DNA of 64,000 bases from Eledone cirrhosa (lineage: Eukaryota): positions 41,292,001 to 41,356,000 of the forward strand of contig OZ024755.1 in NCBI GenBank assembly GCA_964016885.1, in the 5' to 3' direction. Shown here piece after piece: positions 44,523 to 58,914 of the stretch. Within the stretch, counting starts at the first letter, position 1. Each line of letters begins with the position of its first letter. A program made the position numbers and the translations under genes. Below the pieces are notes generated by a model, which saw only the letters and a list, made by a program, of their open reading frames with translations, did no database searches and was not told the DNA's origin.

Positions 44523-44553
<31 letters not shown>

Positions 44554-44558
44554 TGAGA

Positions 44559-44628
<70 letters not shown>

Positions 44629-45091
44629 ATCTTATAGAAAATCACTGAGGGGTAGATTGTAGATTACAGTAGAAGCATTTTCCCTCGGGGTAAAAAAGTT
44701 ATCCTTACTGCCGTTTGAAAGTCCAAAGAATAACAGACAACCCTTCAGCCCATCGTTAACAGGATGGACTTCTCTTCAGGGGATTTATTCTGTAGGGTAC
44801 AAGAAGATAAAATATATACACATACCCTTTAATAGAATTGGGTTCATTCTTCATTGAAACTGCGTAGTGTAAGAAATGAATCCTGCACGCATGCGTAGAT
44901 CTACCAACATGGTAAATATTCATATATACGGGCAAAAGAGTCCAAACTGCCACTAGAAATAGAAGTCAATATAGACCGTCTATCAACTCACTATTTAAGG
45001 AACAGCAAATTATACATAAGTAAATTAGTTTTACAACGCATATAAATAAATTTACCGTAGAATAACATAACAAATATGTTTTAAATATATA

Positions 45092-45171
45092 TTGGGTTGT
45101 AACATAAATCACCGCCGTTGTTATAATTTGTTTGTTTTCAAAAAACGGCGGGAATGTATGTTACAACCTAA
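45092..45171. mobile_element. Tiny mariner-like MITE
   Basis: TA-ttgggttgtaacata..ccgccgtt / aacggcgg..tatgttacaacctaa-TA. Confidence 0.6.
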
Positions 45172-45301
45172 TACATAAATAACATTACAAATGCTCGCGA
45201 TTCTGTCAGAAGGATATATTCTTTTAATCAGAATAGCAATTGCTTTTCATTGAGATGTGACGTGTATTCTCATAAATTTACTTATATGTGTTTATATATA
45301 T

Positions 45302-45724
<423 letters not shown>

Positions 45725-47170
45725 GAGAGTAGGCAGACCCAGAAAAACCTGGGACGATTTGATAAATTCCGACCTTACACCCTTACACCTCTCCAAGACA
45801 ATGTCACTGGACCGAGATCTTTGGCGCTACGCAGTAATACAGAAGACCCGCCTTGCCTAAGTACAAAGCGAAACCTACAGTCAGTAGGCACCTCTTAACC
45901 AAAAATACACCCCCAATCCACTACCGCCACTCCCATCAACACCACCCCTACCCCCATCAACACCACCCCTTTCTCTGTAAAGTTATGTTGGTACCACAAC
46001 ATCCAGTTCTAAATAAATGAGGTCGTGTAGGTGTCACGACAAAAAAACACACAGTCCACGCTGTAATGTGGCCGTGTAGGTAACATGGTAAAAACCTCCC
46101 AGTCCACACTGTAAATGTGGTTGGTGTTAGGAAGGGCATCCAGCCGTAGAAAACCTGCCAGATAGTCCTATACGAGCAAGACAACCAATCTTGCCTCAAG
46201 TGGGACAATTCCCATCTAAACCCATGCTAGGGTGGAAGATAGACGTAAAACGATTATGGTGATGATGATATATGTATATAAACAAATTTAACTCGAAAGT
46301 AGTTTTGAAAGGTGAGGAATCTCAGGAAAAATGGGAAAACTCGGTGTATGGAAGCTGTTATAACAGCAAAATACCGTTATTACAGCTTCCATACACCGAG
46401 TTTTCCCATTTTCCTGATATATATATATATATATATATTTGTTTTGCAAGGTTTTTGATATGAAATCGTGTGTTGAAACAAATATTGTTATACTTGGGGA
46501 GGGTCATATTGTTATAATATTGCCAGAAATAATAACAGAACACACTCACTGTTTGGTTGGGGTTGGTTTTCGCTTCTCTATCTTTTATATCTCCATAGTT
46601 AATTTATTTGGCAATTTATTTGTAAATTGTTCAGTTGTGTGATCACTGTGGTCTAGAATGTAGGTGAAAGAAGATTGATGTGTCTAACACAGTGTGACCA
46701 GTGGGGGAGGGGAGGGGGGCAAGTAAGTGTTCATTATGATGATGATGATGAATCACATAAAAAATAATATATATCGACCACAATAACACAAAGCTGGTAT
46801 GTAATATAACTTTAGTCGAAGTTATAGGACATGTGACTCCATTTCTTACTCGACCCCTCTCTCTCTCCCTCTACCACCTCTCTCTCTCCCTCTGTTTCTC
46901 ACTCTACCACCTCTCTCTCCCCTTCTCTTTCTCACTCTACCACCTCTCTCTCCCCCTCTCCCTCTCAATCTCCTTCTCTTTCTCACTCTACCACCATTCT
47001 CTCCCTCCGTTTCTCTCTACCCCCCCCCCCCCCCTCTGCTAGTACCTGGCAGTACCTGGTCCTAGTATCTCCTGGTTACCAACCAAACAACTTCACCATT
47101 CTGCTACGCAGTCTTTACAATCGGATAAAACAATCAATTTAGAAACTTCACTTTACTTTTCTTATTCCAG

Positions 47171-47312
47171 TTGAAGTACGTGTCTACGGCCATTCCCAGA
47201 ACACCACAGTTGGACTTGTACAGGTTTTATATAATGGAATCTGGGGTTCAGTTTGCAATGCAGGATGGAATGATAAAGGGGCCCAAGTTGTCTGCAGGTC
47301 TCTTGGTTACAG
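47171..47312 (+). CDS. Multi-SRCR protein exon, first half of SRCR domain 5
   Basis: ttccag / ag|gtaaat, 142 nt. [46 protein letters not shown]. Confidence 0.93.
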
Positions 47313-47639
47313 GTAAATGTCACCATTTCATGACAATACGAACCAAATGGTAATTTCTGGGACATAATATAGCATAACATAAACATGACATATATATTCA
47401 AATAATAATAATAATTGTTTCTACTTTTGGCACAAGGCCAGCAATTACCCAGTGTATTACTGGTACTTTATTTTATCGATCCCGTAAGGATGAAAGGTAC
47501 AGTTAACCTTAGCGGGATTTGAACTCAGACCATAAAGGGACGTAACTCTTTGTTGCAAAGCATGGCGTCCGACCCTCTACCGATACTGCCAATCCAATAA
47601 TGTTTCGTTTATTGGCCAGAAGGGCCGAGATGTAGGGGA

Positions 47640-48530
47640 CAATACAAAGACAAGGGGGGGGGGGGTATATATATCAACGTGTAAACAATATAAATACCAA
47701 TAACAAATAAAATTACAACAAATTACATTTCCCAATAGGCGGATAACCACCCAGGGTCGACTCAGGTACCCCACCAATCCTGAACCACCAGACGCTTCAA
47801 GGACACCCGGGAAGGTCACCCCTCTTCTCCTTAAATTAGCCACCCTTCATGTGCATGCTCAGAGTAGGCCCATTCACACGGGCCATTCTCGCCAAATTCA
47901 TCCACATTTTAGCAAATGTACTGGGGGGGGGGGCACTTCTCTCTTTACCCTCATCTTCTTTTCCAAGTGAAAATTGAAAAAGTTGAAGGATTGGCCGAAG
48001 AGAAAAGTCTGTCTTCAGTCCTTTCAACCTGGTCCACCATACAACCTCTTTCGGTACTGCCGCCAGACATGAAAATTGCCTGCCCTTCCTGGCCAAAAGA
48101 AGGCGGCGGGTCGATCTTCACTATGGACTCGGTTGATAGCCGGATCCGTTCCACACGCGACAACAGCTGTTCAACATAACTCCACAAGTCAGTAATGCAC
48201 GGACACTGGACGAGTGCGTGCAGAACGGTTTCGTCGCTCTGTGCACATCTTGGGCAGGTCCGTCTGACAGCAGTTCCGTGCCTGTAGAGTTTATCTTGAA
48301 CCGGCAGTTCCCCTGCCCCCGACAGTACTGCCAAGCGAGGCATTTCTGGAAGTTATCCATGGTCCCCGGCTCGAAAGTCCTCCAGAACTTTCAAGACTGG
48401 TCAGTTCTACTTGGTCGACTCCCAGAGCCTCTCCGAGTGCGTCGTCGCAGGCACCTAAAGAAGTCCAACATCTGGCCCCGGTCGGGGTGTAGCCAGCCAC
48501 AATCTAAAGACGCCACCTTCGCTCTTGTTT
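47640..48530 (-). mobile_element. L1/Tx1-like LINE 3' fragment
   Basis: LPVQDKLYRHG..VRRTCPRCAQSDETVLHALVQCP (zf-RVT). Confidence 0.78.
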
Positions 48531-48609
48531 ATGTTCAGGACAACCAATTTACCATCCGGGTCCAGAAAGATCGACCTTATCTTGAGATCCAGGCCTGTTT
48601 TTCAGAAGA

Positions 48610-49550
48610 AACACATTACAAACATTTGAAGATGAAACTGAAAGATGGACGGAAAAAAGAATATATGGACAATTCCATAGAGATGTGGAAGACAGGACAG
48701 ACAAAATAAAGGTGGTTATGGATGGCTAAAAGTGATATAAAACCGGAAACAGAAGCCTTAATCTGTGCTTCTTAAGTAGAAGCACTAATAACTAACTACA
48801 TGAAACACAGGGTAGACCCCACAGTAGAAAGTGATAAGTGTAGAATTTGTGGCATGAATGGAGAAACTGTATGGTATATTACCAGTCAATGTATGCCACT
48901 AACCCAGGAAGAATATAAGAGACATCACGACAACATAGCAAGGACAGTCTATTGGGTAAATATACACTTAACAGAGCAGAAAAGTGGTACAATCATAACC
49001 TTGAGGGTGTTATCGAAAATGATGGTGCAAAGATCCTGTGGGACTGTGTAATACAATGTGACCATAAGATTAAAAATAGGAGACCAGATATTGTACTAAT
49101 TGTGAAAGAAAGTAAACAGTGTTGGATCATAGAGACAGCCTGTCCAGCTGTTAACATGATATCTGATAAAGAAGAGGAAAATAGGTTAGCTTGGAAGGTA
49201 ATACCAATAATTGTTTCTACTTTAGGCACAAGGCCAGCAATTACCCAGTGCATTACTGGTACTTTATTTTATCGACCCCGTAAGGATGAAAGACAAAGTC
49301 AACCTCGGCGGGATTTGAACTCAGATCGTAAAGGGACGTAACTATGCGTCAAAGCATGGCGTCCGACCCTCTACCGATACTGCCAGTCCGCGCCTATACC
49401 AATAATAGTTGGGGTCTTGGGAAGAGTGAGTAGAGATCTTGAGAACTACATTAAATAAATAGGGATTGGAATATGGATAGAACACTTACAAAAAACAGCA
49501 TTGCTTGGAACAGCTCGAATACTCCGCAGGGTACTCGTAAAATAAGCGGC
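48610..49550 (+). mobile_element. R4/Dong-like LINE 3' part (CCHC plus restriction-like endonuclease), interrupted by a SINE
   Basis: KCRICG..GETVWYITSQC, YKRHHDN, RRPDIVL, IIETACP, KTALLGTARILRRVL. SINE 49212-49395 has an 11-bp TSD ataccaataat (49201-49211 / 49396-49406). Confidence 0.85.
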
Positions 49551-51645
49551 ATTACCTCAGTTCACAGGTAGTAAACAGCTAACACTGTAATACATCTCCA
49601 GTGCTAGAAGCTGAGATAAGGGGTGTTACCTCAGTCCACTGGTAGTGAACAGCTAACACTGTAATACATCTCCAATGCTAGAAGCTGAGATAAGGGGTGT
49701 TACCTCAGTTCACTGGTAGTGAACTGGGGTAATACTGTAATACATCTCCAGTGCTAGAAGCTGAGATAAGGGGTGTTACCTCAGTCCACTGGTAGTAAAC
49801 TGGTGTAACACTGTAATACATCTCCAGTGCTAGAAGCTGAGATAAGGGGTGTTACCTCAGTCCACTGGTAGTGAACTGGGGTAACACTGTAATACATCTC
49901 CAGTGCTAGAAGCTGAGATAAGGGGTGTTACCTCAGTCCACTGGTAGTGAACTGGGGTAACACTGTAATACATCTCCAGTATTAGAAGCTGAGATAAGGG
50001 GTGTTACCTCAGTTCACAGGTAGTAAACAGCTAACACTGTAATACATCTCCAGTGCTAGAAGCTGAGATAAGGGGTGTTACCTCAGTTCACAGGTAGTAA
50101 ACAGCTAACACTGTAATACATCTCCAGTGCTAGAAGCTGAGATAAGGGGTGTTACCTCAGTCCACTGGTAGTGAACAGCTAACACTGTAATACATCTCCA
50201 GTGCTAGACGCTGAGATAAGGGGTGTTACCTCAGTCCACTGGTAGTGAACAGCTAACACTGTAATACATCTCCAGTGCTAGAAGCTGAGATAAGGGGTGT
50301 TACCTCAGTCCACTGGTAGTGAACTGGGGTAACACTGTAATACATCTCCAGTGCTAGAAGCTGAGATAAGGGGTGTTACCTCAGTCCACTGGTAGTGAAC
50401 AGCTAACACTGTAATACATCTCCAGTGCTAGAAGCTGAGATAAGGGGTGTTACCTCAGTCCACTGGTAGTGAACTGGGGTAACACTGTAATACATCTCCA
50501 GTATTAGAAGCTGAGATAAGGGGTGTTACCTCAGTTCACAGGTAGTAAACAGCTAACACTGTAATACATCTCCAGTGCTAGAAGCTGAGATAAGGGGTGT
50601 TACCTCAGTTCACAGGTAGTAAACAGCTAACACTGTAATACATCTCCAGTGCTAGAAGCTGAGATAAGGGGTGTTACCTCAGTCCACTGGTAGTGAACAG
50701 CTAACACTGTAATACATCTCCAGTGCTAGACGCTGAGATAAGGGGTGTTACCTCAGTCCACTGGTAGTGAACAGCTAACACTGTAATACATCTCCAGTGC
50801 TAGAAGCTGAGATAAGGGGTGTTACCTCAGTCCACTGGTAGTGAACTGGGGTAACACTGTAATACATCTCCAGTGCTAGAAGCTGAGATAAGGGGTGTTA
50901 CCTCAGTCCACTGGTAGTGAACAGCTAACACTGTAATACATCTCCAGTGCTAGAAGCTGAGATAAGGGGTGTTACCTCAGTCCACTGGTAGTGAACTGGG
51001 GTAACACTGTAATACATCTCCAGTGTTAGAAGCTGAGATAAGGGGTGTTACCTCAGTCCACTGGTAGTGAACTGGGGTAACACTGTAATACATCTCCAGT
51101 ATTAGAAGCTGAGATAAGGGATGTTACCTCAGTCCACTGGTAGTGAACTGGGGTAACACTGTAATACATCTCCAGTGCTAGAAGCTGAGATAAGGGGTGT
51201 TACCTCAGTCCACTGGTAGTGAACTGGGGTAACACTGTAATACATCTCCAGTGTTAGAAGCTGAGATAAGGGGTGTTACCTCAGTTCACTGGTAGTGAAC
51301 TAAGGTAATACTGTAATACATCTCCAGTGTTAGAAGCTGAGATAAGAGGTGTTACCCCAGTTCACTGGTAGTGAACTGGGGTAACACTGTAATACATCTC
51401 CAGTGTTAGAAGCTGAGATAAGGGGTGTTACCTCAGTCCACTGGTAGTGAACAGCTAACACTGTAATACATCTCCAGTGTTAGAAGCTGAGATAAGAGGT
51501 GTTACCCCAGTTCACTACAAGTGAACTGGGGTAACACTGTAATACATCTCCAGTATTAGAAGCTGAGATAAGGGGTGTTACCTCAGTCCACTGGTAGTGA
51601 ACTGGGGTAACACTGTAATACATCTCCAGTGTTAGAAGCTGAGGG
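49551..51645 (+). repeat. 74/76-bp minisatellite (~28 units) made of the Dong 3' UTR
   Basis: Unit gttacctcagtccactggtagtgaac(agct/tggggt)aacactgtaatacatctccagtgctagaagctgagataaggggt. Starts just after the ORF stop and ends before a (TAA)n tail. Confidence 0.92.
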
Positions 51646-52345
51646 AAGTAACAATAATAATAATGTCTTTACTGGACACCAAGGCCGAAAAACATACAAT
51701 TAAGATCCTCCTACTGTCTTCCTTTAACTTGAAAGGGAGACCATGGCAAAAGTGGACATGTTATGGATGCGTTTGAGAGGGTTGAATAGAAACACCTCCC
51801 TTTTCTGCGACGCCCTGATAAACTTTTTAGGTTTCACTTGAAGAGGAAAATCAGGGTGGAGAGGGAAATGTTACCTTCCAATCAGTTTGTTGACAGGTGG
51901 ATGAGAGTGACAAGCATGGTCCAGCGGTCAGGGTGGCCATTTTCTTTTCTTGCGGTGTTTGTCCATGAGTGACTCACAAGTCTTCCCACTATTGGGAATT
52001 TTTTTTTATTATTATTTTATGTTTGTTGTTTTTAGTAAACTTCGCAAACTTAAAAAAGCCCCGCATTGTACCATACTGTGCAGTCTTTAATGTTTTCTTA
52101 GTGTGGACTCTGCGGGGCTAATAAAAATATCATTGGTTTATTGGCAATATCAGTAGCACATCGGACAAAATGTTTTGTGGCATGTAGTTACAGCCTTTTA
52201 TATTCTGAGTTCAAATCCCACCAAGGGGTCACTAAAATAAAGTACCAATAACGCACTGGGGTTGATTAAATCGACTTTCCCTCCTCCAAAATTGTTGGTC
52301 ACGTGCCTAAATGAGAAACCTTTATTATTATTATTATTAATCCAG

Positions 52346-52524
52346 AACCGGTCAAATGGTCAGCAAATATGTGTCCCATGTGCGTGTCCAAAGTACTCAT
52401 CAGTTTTGGTTGGATAATATTGACTGCAACGGAAATGAAACTAGCCTTGATGAGTGTAACCATAGCAACTGGGGTCAAGCATATTGTAACCAAGATCAAT
52501 GTGCTGCCGCCTGGTGTATAAATT
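52346..52524 (+). CDS. Multi-SRCR protein exon, second half of SRCR domain 5
   Basis: atccag / t|gtgagt, 179 nt. TGQMVSKYVSHVRVQSTHQFWLDNIDCNGNETSLDECNHSNWGQAYCNQDQCAAAWCIN. Confidence 0.9.
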
Positions 52525-54029
52525 GTGAGTAAATACATTTTCAAGTTCATATTACTTTCATTTAATAACACTTATCTTGACAAAATAAGTTTTTTTCACT
52601 TGCATCAACTTCTTGAGTTCATACCCTGCTGAGGTCTTTTTACCTTTAAACCTTCTGGGGTAGATAAAATACCTGGTTAGGTGGTTAGGTTTTGTGCACT
52701 GATTCCAAATCCAGCAGAGATCAACTCTACCTTTAAATCCTCAGGTGACAAGCTCGATCACAATTTGGTATCTTAGACAAATGTAATCTTTTTTTACCAT
52801 TTTAGTTTCTATGACTGGATGCCCTTCATAACACCAATCCATTTACAGTGTATACCACACACACACACATATATATATATTGAATTTGTTTTGCAAAAGA
52901 TGTAGTGGGATCACAGATAAACTATCTAAGAACGTAGACTTTATATGTAGCCGATGCTCAGGTGCAATAAGTAGCAAGTGTCCACAGGGTACTAGATCTT
53001 CTATTGCCTAGATGGTTCTATAGAAATAGTAGACACTTTCCGTTACCTGGGTGACGAAATCAGCAGTGGTGGAGGGTGTTTAGAAAGTACAGCAGCCAGT
53101 CAGAACGGAATGGAAAAAGTTCAGAGAGCTTATACCGCTATTGGCCACAAAAGGTTTCTCTCTAAAAATGAAAGGCAGATTGTATGATGCTTGTATATGA
53201 ACAGCAATGCTACATGGCAGTGAGACATGGGCATTATGTGCAGAGGACCTGCGCAGACTGGAAAGGAACGAAGCATGCATGCTCCATTGGATGTGTAATA
53301 GTAATATACGTGAATGGCAAAGCATAAATGAACTAAGTGAGAAATTAGGAATAAGAGGGATCAGATGCTGTTTACTTGAGAGAAGACTACGTTGGTATGG
53401 TCACCTGATGCGCATGAAAGACGACAGCTGCATAAAAAAGTGCAGGGCGATCAAAATTGATGGTAGTTACGGAGTAGGTAGACCCAGAAAAACCTGGGAC
53501 GATCTGATAAATTCCGACCTTACACACTTGCACCTCTCTAAGACAATGTCACTGGACCGAGATCTTTGGCGCTACGCAATAATACAGAAGACCCGCCTTG
53601 CCTATGTACAAAGCGAAACCTACAGTCAGTAGGCACCTCCTAACCAAATATACACCCCAATCCACTACCCCTACCCTATCCTCCCACTCCCACCAGCACC
53701 ACCCTCTCTCTGTAGAGTTGGTACCACAACATCCAGTCCAAATAAATGAGATAAATGAGATTGAGATCATGTAGGTGTCACGACAAAAAAACACACAGTC
53801 CACGCTGTAATGTGGCAGTGTAGGTAACACAGTAAAAAGTTTCCAGTTCCACACTGTAAATGTGGTTGGTGTTAGGAACGGCATCCAGCCGTAGAAAACC
53901 TGCCAGATAGTCCTATATGAGCGAGACACGGTCACCCGACCAACCATGCCCCAAATGGGACAACTCCCGTCGTAACCCGTCTAGTGTGGAAGATGGACGT
54001 TAAATGATGATGATGATGATGATGATGAT

Positions 54030-54336
54030 ATCATCATCATCATCAATGTCATTTTACGTCTGCTTGTCCCTGCTTGCAAGGGTGGGACGGGAACTGATTC
54101 TGGCTTGATTTCTACAGCTGGATGCCCTTCCTAACACCAACCTCATTTACAGTGAGTGCTGGGTGCTTTTTGCCGTGGCACCTACACGACCACTTTGCAG
54201 TGGAATGATATGGACCCCAGTCCCTATCATCTCATTTCTACAGCTGAGTAAACTGTAGCAATGTGAAATAAAGTGTCTTGCTCAAGGAAACAACACATCA
54301 CCCGACCTGAGAATTGAACTCACAACCTTTCGATTG
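54030..54336 (-). mobile_element. SINE with CORE-like segment and RTE-type 3' tail
   Basis: Minus strand: gagttcaattc B box, ccttgagcaagacact, ggttggtgttaggaagggcatccagc, gacgtaaaatga tail shared with the RTE 3' ends. Confidence 0.6.
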
Positions 54337-54852
54337 AGTAAGTGCCGTACTAAGAGTGAGAAATGAAATTTCGTTTCATTATATTACAACTTATCGTTTT
54401 CGGTACCCCTGGCCGACTGAACTCACTCGATATGCAAATTAGGCTGCTCAGCCGTTAATTTTCATAAGGAAAGTATATACTTTCGAACGTTCAACTATCT
54501 GGCAGAAGGGTATACGGTGCTGATGATAGCTAACAAGCTTGAAACTAGTACATCGTTCCTGTGTCAGTGTTGAACAAAAAGGTGACGTGGTTGCCTTAAC
54601 ACCGTATGGCATAAATCAGGCTGTTCGCTTGTTTACAAACGGACAAAGTGGGCGTTATAATAAACGTTCGCTAAACTGATACGAACATATATATATGTGT
54701 ACCTGTATGTATATGTATATATGTATATATATATATATGCATGCTACTGTACGTCTGTATACATATATGTATGTACGTATACATACATACTTACATTTAA
54801 GTAAGTGCCGTACTAAGAGTGAGAAATGAAATTTCGTTTCATTATATTACAA

Positions 54853-54853
<1 letters not shown>
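54337..54853 (+). mobile_element. Retrozyme-like 463-nt unit with a 54-nt direct terminal repeat and HHR at 54515-54555
   Basis: 54337-54390 matches 54800-54853. cggtg-CTGATGA-tagct(aaca)agctt-GAAA-ctagt-a-catcg. Confidence 0.8.
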
Positions 54854-54899
<46 letters not shown>

Positions 54900-54924
54900 A
54901 TATGTATATATATATCTATATATG

Positions 54925-54957
<33 letters not shown>

Positions 54958-54960
54958 CTA

Positions 54961-55059
<99 letters not shown>

Positions 55060-55106
55060 ATATATATATGTATATATGTATATATATGTATATATGTATG
55101 TATATG

Positions 55107-55151
<45 letters not shown>

Positions 55152-55438
55152 GTATATATGTATGTATATATATATATGTATATATGTATATAGGTATAAC
55201 CTTAAAAAAAACACAGTCCACGCTGTAATGTGGCCGTGTAGGTAACAAGGTAAAAACCTCCCAGTTCCACACTGTAAACGTGGTTGGTGTTAGGAAGGGC
55301 ATCCAGCCGTAGAAAACCCGCCAGACAGTCCCGAGCAAGACAACCAATCTTGCCTCAAGTGGGACAATTCCCGTCCAGACCCATGCTAGCGTGGAAAATG
55401 GACGTTAAACGATGATGATGATGATGATGATGTATGTA

Positions 55439-55469
<31 letters not shown>

Positions 55470-55751
55470 GGCGGGTAAAATTCCCGAGATCCATGGACGA
55501 GTTCTCTCCAGTGGTCTCTGTCCCTCATTATCACTGCCATGTCCTGCGTCTCCAACAGGTCATCAACATACGTTAACCTTGGTCTTCCTCTTCCAGTGTG
55601 TCCATGTAGGGGCTCCCACAGGAGCACTGAGTCAACTCTGGATGTCGGTGAGCATGTCCAGCTAACCTCAATCTCCTCTGTGTCACTTTCGAGCTGACTT
55701 TTATATATATATATACATACATATGTACATATATATACATACACATATATG

Positions 55752-55940
55752 AACCAGTAAGACCCCGACAGCTGAGCTCAAGCCGTTTCGACGGCTAATT
55801 CTGCCAGAATTAGCCGTCGAAACGGCTTGAGCTCAGCTGTCGGGGTCTTACTGGTTCCTATTACCCACTCTACTACCTCAAGTATTGAGTACTTTGGTGC
55901 GTTATGGTCCACCTGGTTCCTTACCACATTTCCTTCGTTA
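55752..55940 (+). mobile_element. Short fold-back 3'-end element
   Basis: Hairpin centred on aattctgccagaatt. The right arm matches 29247-29302 and is followed by the family tail. Confidence 0.78.
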
Positions 55941-55943
55941 CAT

Positions 55944-55994
<51 letters not shown>

Positions 55995-56096
55995 CATACA
56001 TATATATACATACCTATATATATATACATACATATATATATATACATACATATATATATATACATACATATATATATGTATACACATATATATATG

Positions 56097-56175
<79 letters not shown>

Positions 56176-56204
56176 ATATATATATATATGTATGTATATA
56201 CATG

Positions 56205-56245
<41 letters not shown>

Positions 56246-56308
56246 ATATATATGTATATATGTATATGTATGTATATGTATATGTATGTATGTATATGTA
56301 TGTATATG

Positions 56309-56349
<41 letters not shown>

Positions 56350-56420
56350 GTATGTATATATATATATGTATATATATATGTATGTATGTATATATATATA
56401 TGTATATATATGTATGTATG

Positions 56421-56492
<72 letters not shown>

Positions 56493-56493
56493 A

Positions 56494-57962
56494 TAAGCAG
56501 AAGGAATATTCAATTTGTTGGTAATTCAACAAATATAAATGTTTATAACTGATTCAGAGCACTCAACAGAATGTTCTGGAGTATAATCTATCTATATATA
56601 TAAAACTGTGGTTGTCTGTCTGTCTATCGATTTTTGGCACACATCTCCTCTTAGAATCTCTCACGGAATTGCACCGAAATTGCTATACTTGTACATTGAG
56701 CCCTAGCGAAGACATCGGAAAAAAAAAATTTCAAATTGACCCACCCTATGTGACGAAATCGAATATAATGTATCGATTTTTGAGCGTAAGTTATCAGTTA
56801 TTTCCCTTTGTTCTGTTTACATTGAGCGTCTTACGTAAAAAATTACGCTTTCTCAGCGTTTAAAATACAATACACGAACAGTTGTCGAGCCAGCAAAATA
56901 TTGACCTGCAAAATTCATCAGTTCGAACACTAAGCTTCCGTTTTGCTTCATTTCCATTTAAAAGCATTTTAAAACAATATTTTTACTTGAAAACAAGTCT
57001 ATTTAAAGACTACGTAAAACAAGCAAATATTTCGTCGTTAGGCGTGCAGACAGATAGTCGTGCAGAGAGGTGATATACGCGTGCAGACAGACAGTCGTGC
57101 AGAGAGGTGATATAGGCGTGCAGACAGACAGTCGTGCAGAGAGGTGATATAGGCGTGCAGACAGACATAACTGATAATTTGGTTACGCTAATGTTTTTCT
57201 CTGCGTTGCAGTGTTTACATTTTCGATCTTTGTTAATAAATAACCAGTGCAGTTTCTATCCCCAGCATCCTCTTTTGTTATAACATTCGGGTTATCGTTA
57301 TGTTTTCTTAACTTCATAAGGCATATTGTTGGTTGAGGGAATATTAATCAAAAACACCACATGCAAGTCTGCACAGTAGACACTACAGTTTTTAAGCCAA
57401 GAAAGAAACTTAACATTGTAACTTTAACACAGCTACTGAGCGACCCCGAGCAACGCCGGGCTTTACTGCTAGTATTAAATAAATGGAAACTATATTTATA
57501 AAACCATATTTATTCTATTATATTTATTTCAAGGGTACCAAATATTTTGGTTCGCTTTCATCAGATAAAATACGAAGTGTGTTTTATAAATATTGACATA
57601 ACTAAGGAGAATATACCTTAACGGTTCAAGTTATCCCTCATTTGCATACTCATCTTAATAATTTGAAATATCTGACTTTTCTTCTCTTTTCCCTTCACTA
57701 TCCAAGGATAACTTGAACCGTTAAGGTATATTCTCCTTGGTTATGTCAATATTTATAAAACACACTTCGTATTTTATCTGATGAAAGCGAACGAAAATAT
57801 TTGGTACCCTTGAAATAAATATAATAGAATAAATATGGTTTTATAAATATAGTTTCCATTTATTTAATATTATACTCCAGAAAATTCTGTTGAGTGCTCT
57901 GAATCAGTTATAAACATTTATATTTGTTGAATTACCAACAAATTGAATATTCCTTCTGCTTA
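56494..57962. mobile_element. Fold-back element with HHRs at 57511-57572 (-) and 57770-57831 (+), left arm split by a Helitron
   Basis: tattttat-CTGATGA-aagcgaacg..ggtaccctt-GAAA-taaatat-a-atagaata. Arms 56494-56586 plus 57473-57635, versus 57706-57962. Confidence 0.78.
56587..57472 (+). mobile_element. Non-autonomous Helitron
   Basis: A|TC 5' end, 3' hairpin cccgagcaacgccggg then CTAG|T, no TSD. Internal ~37-bp tandem repeats at 57040-57170. Confidence 0.88.
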
Positions 57963-57963
57963 T

Positions 57964-58125
<162 letters not shown>

Positions 58126-58664
58126 TGGCTGCCAACTCGTTTTCGAGTACGGCCACTACTTTATATCCATGTAGGAGAACCTCTACCGATGCGCTGAACG
58201 AGTGACTTTTTAGTCCAGCCAGCGACTTGAAAACTCTGGTACAAACACTACACTTGTGACAATTATTGACACATAGTGCTGGGCCCATGGTACCATGTGA
58301 CGTCAAGTGCAGAGAGATCTCCAGATATAAAGCAATGCCTGTGCTGTGAAGCTTTTATAGTGAACAAAGGCACTGCACAAAGCCAGTCCCACTCTCTTAA
58401 CCAAGATGATATTTACCAAAAAGAAGAACAAGTCAACATCATTGGATACCATCAGGGTTGCAGGTGTTATATCAGAGTTTTCCTTCTCCTAGAATTCTGC
58501 CTTAACAAAGGCTAAGGGGTCATCTCTCTTGGATGATATATATATATATATATATACATACAGACGGTTGAACTGCTTTACGTTGAGTACTCTCCATATT
58601 ATTACATTAAGATTGACCATACGGAATTGACCAGCTCTATCCAGTGGTGAACCTCAAACCTGAA

Positions 58665-58695
<31 letters not shown>

Positions 58696-58697
<2 letters not shown>

Positions 58698-58914
58698 GGC
58701 AACCATTCACGATGTGGCTCAATGAAGAATTAATAAATTGAATAATCAGAGCAATATATCATAAATTATGTCCATAGAATCAATGATGCTAATTGGGAGA
58801 GGAAATGGTGTATATATTTTATCAAATGATTCTATGGACATACTTTTAGTATATATAGCTCTGATTATTTAATTTATTAATTCTTCATTGAGCCACATCG
58901 TGAATGGTTGCCAC
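58696..58914. repeat. Fold-back element in (TA)n
   Basis: Arms ~58696-58782 and ~58826-58914. Related sequence at 59416-59485. Confidence 0.75.

Noticed and set aside
49551-51645. CRISPR-like regular array with palindromic units
   Set aside because: No unique spacers, no cas genes, eukaryotic context. It is a tandem minisatellite.
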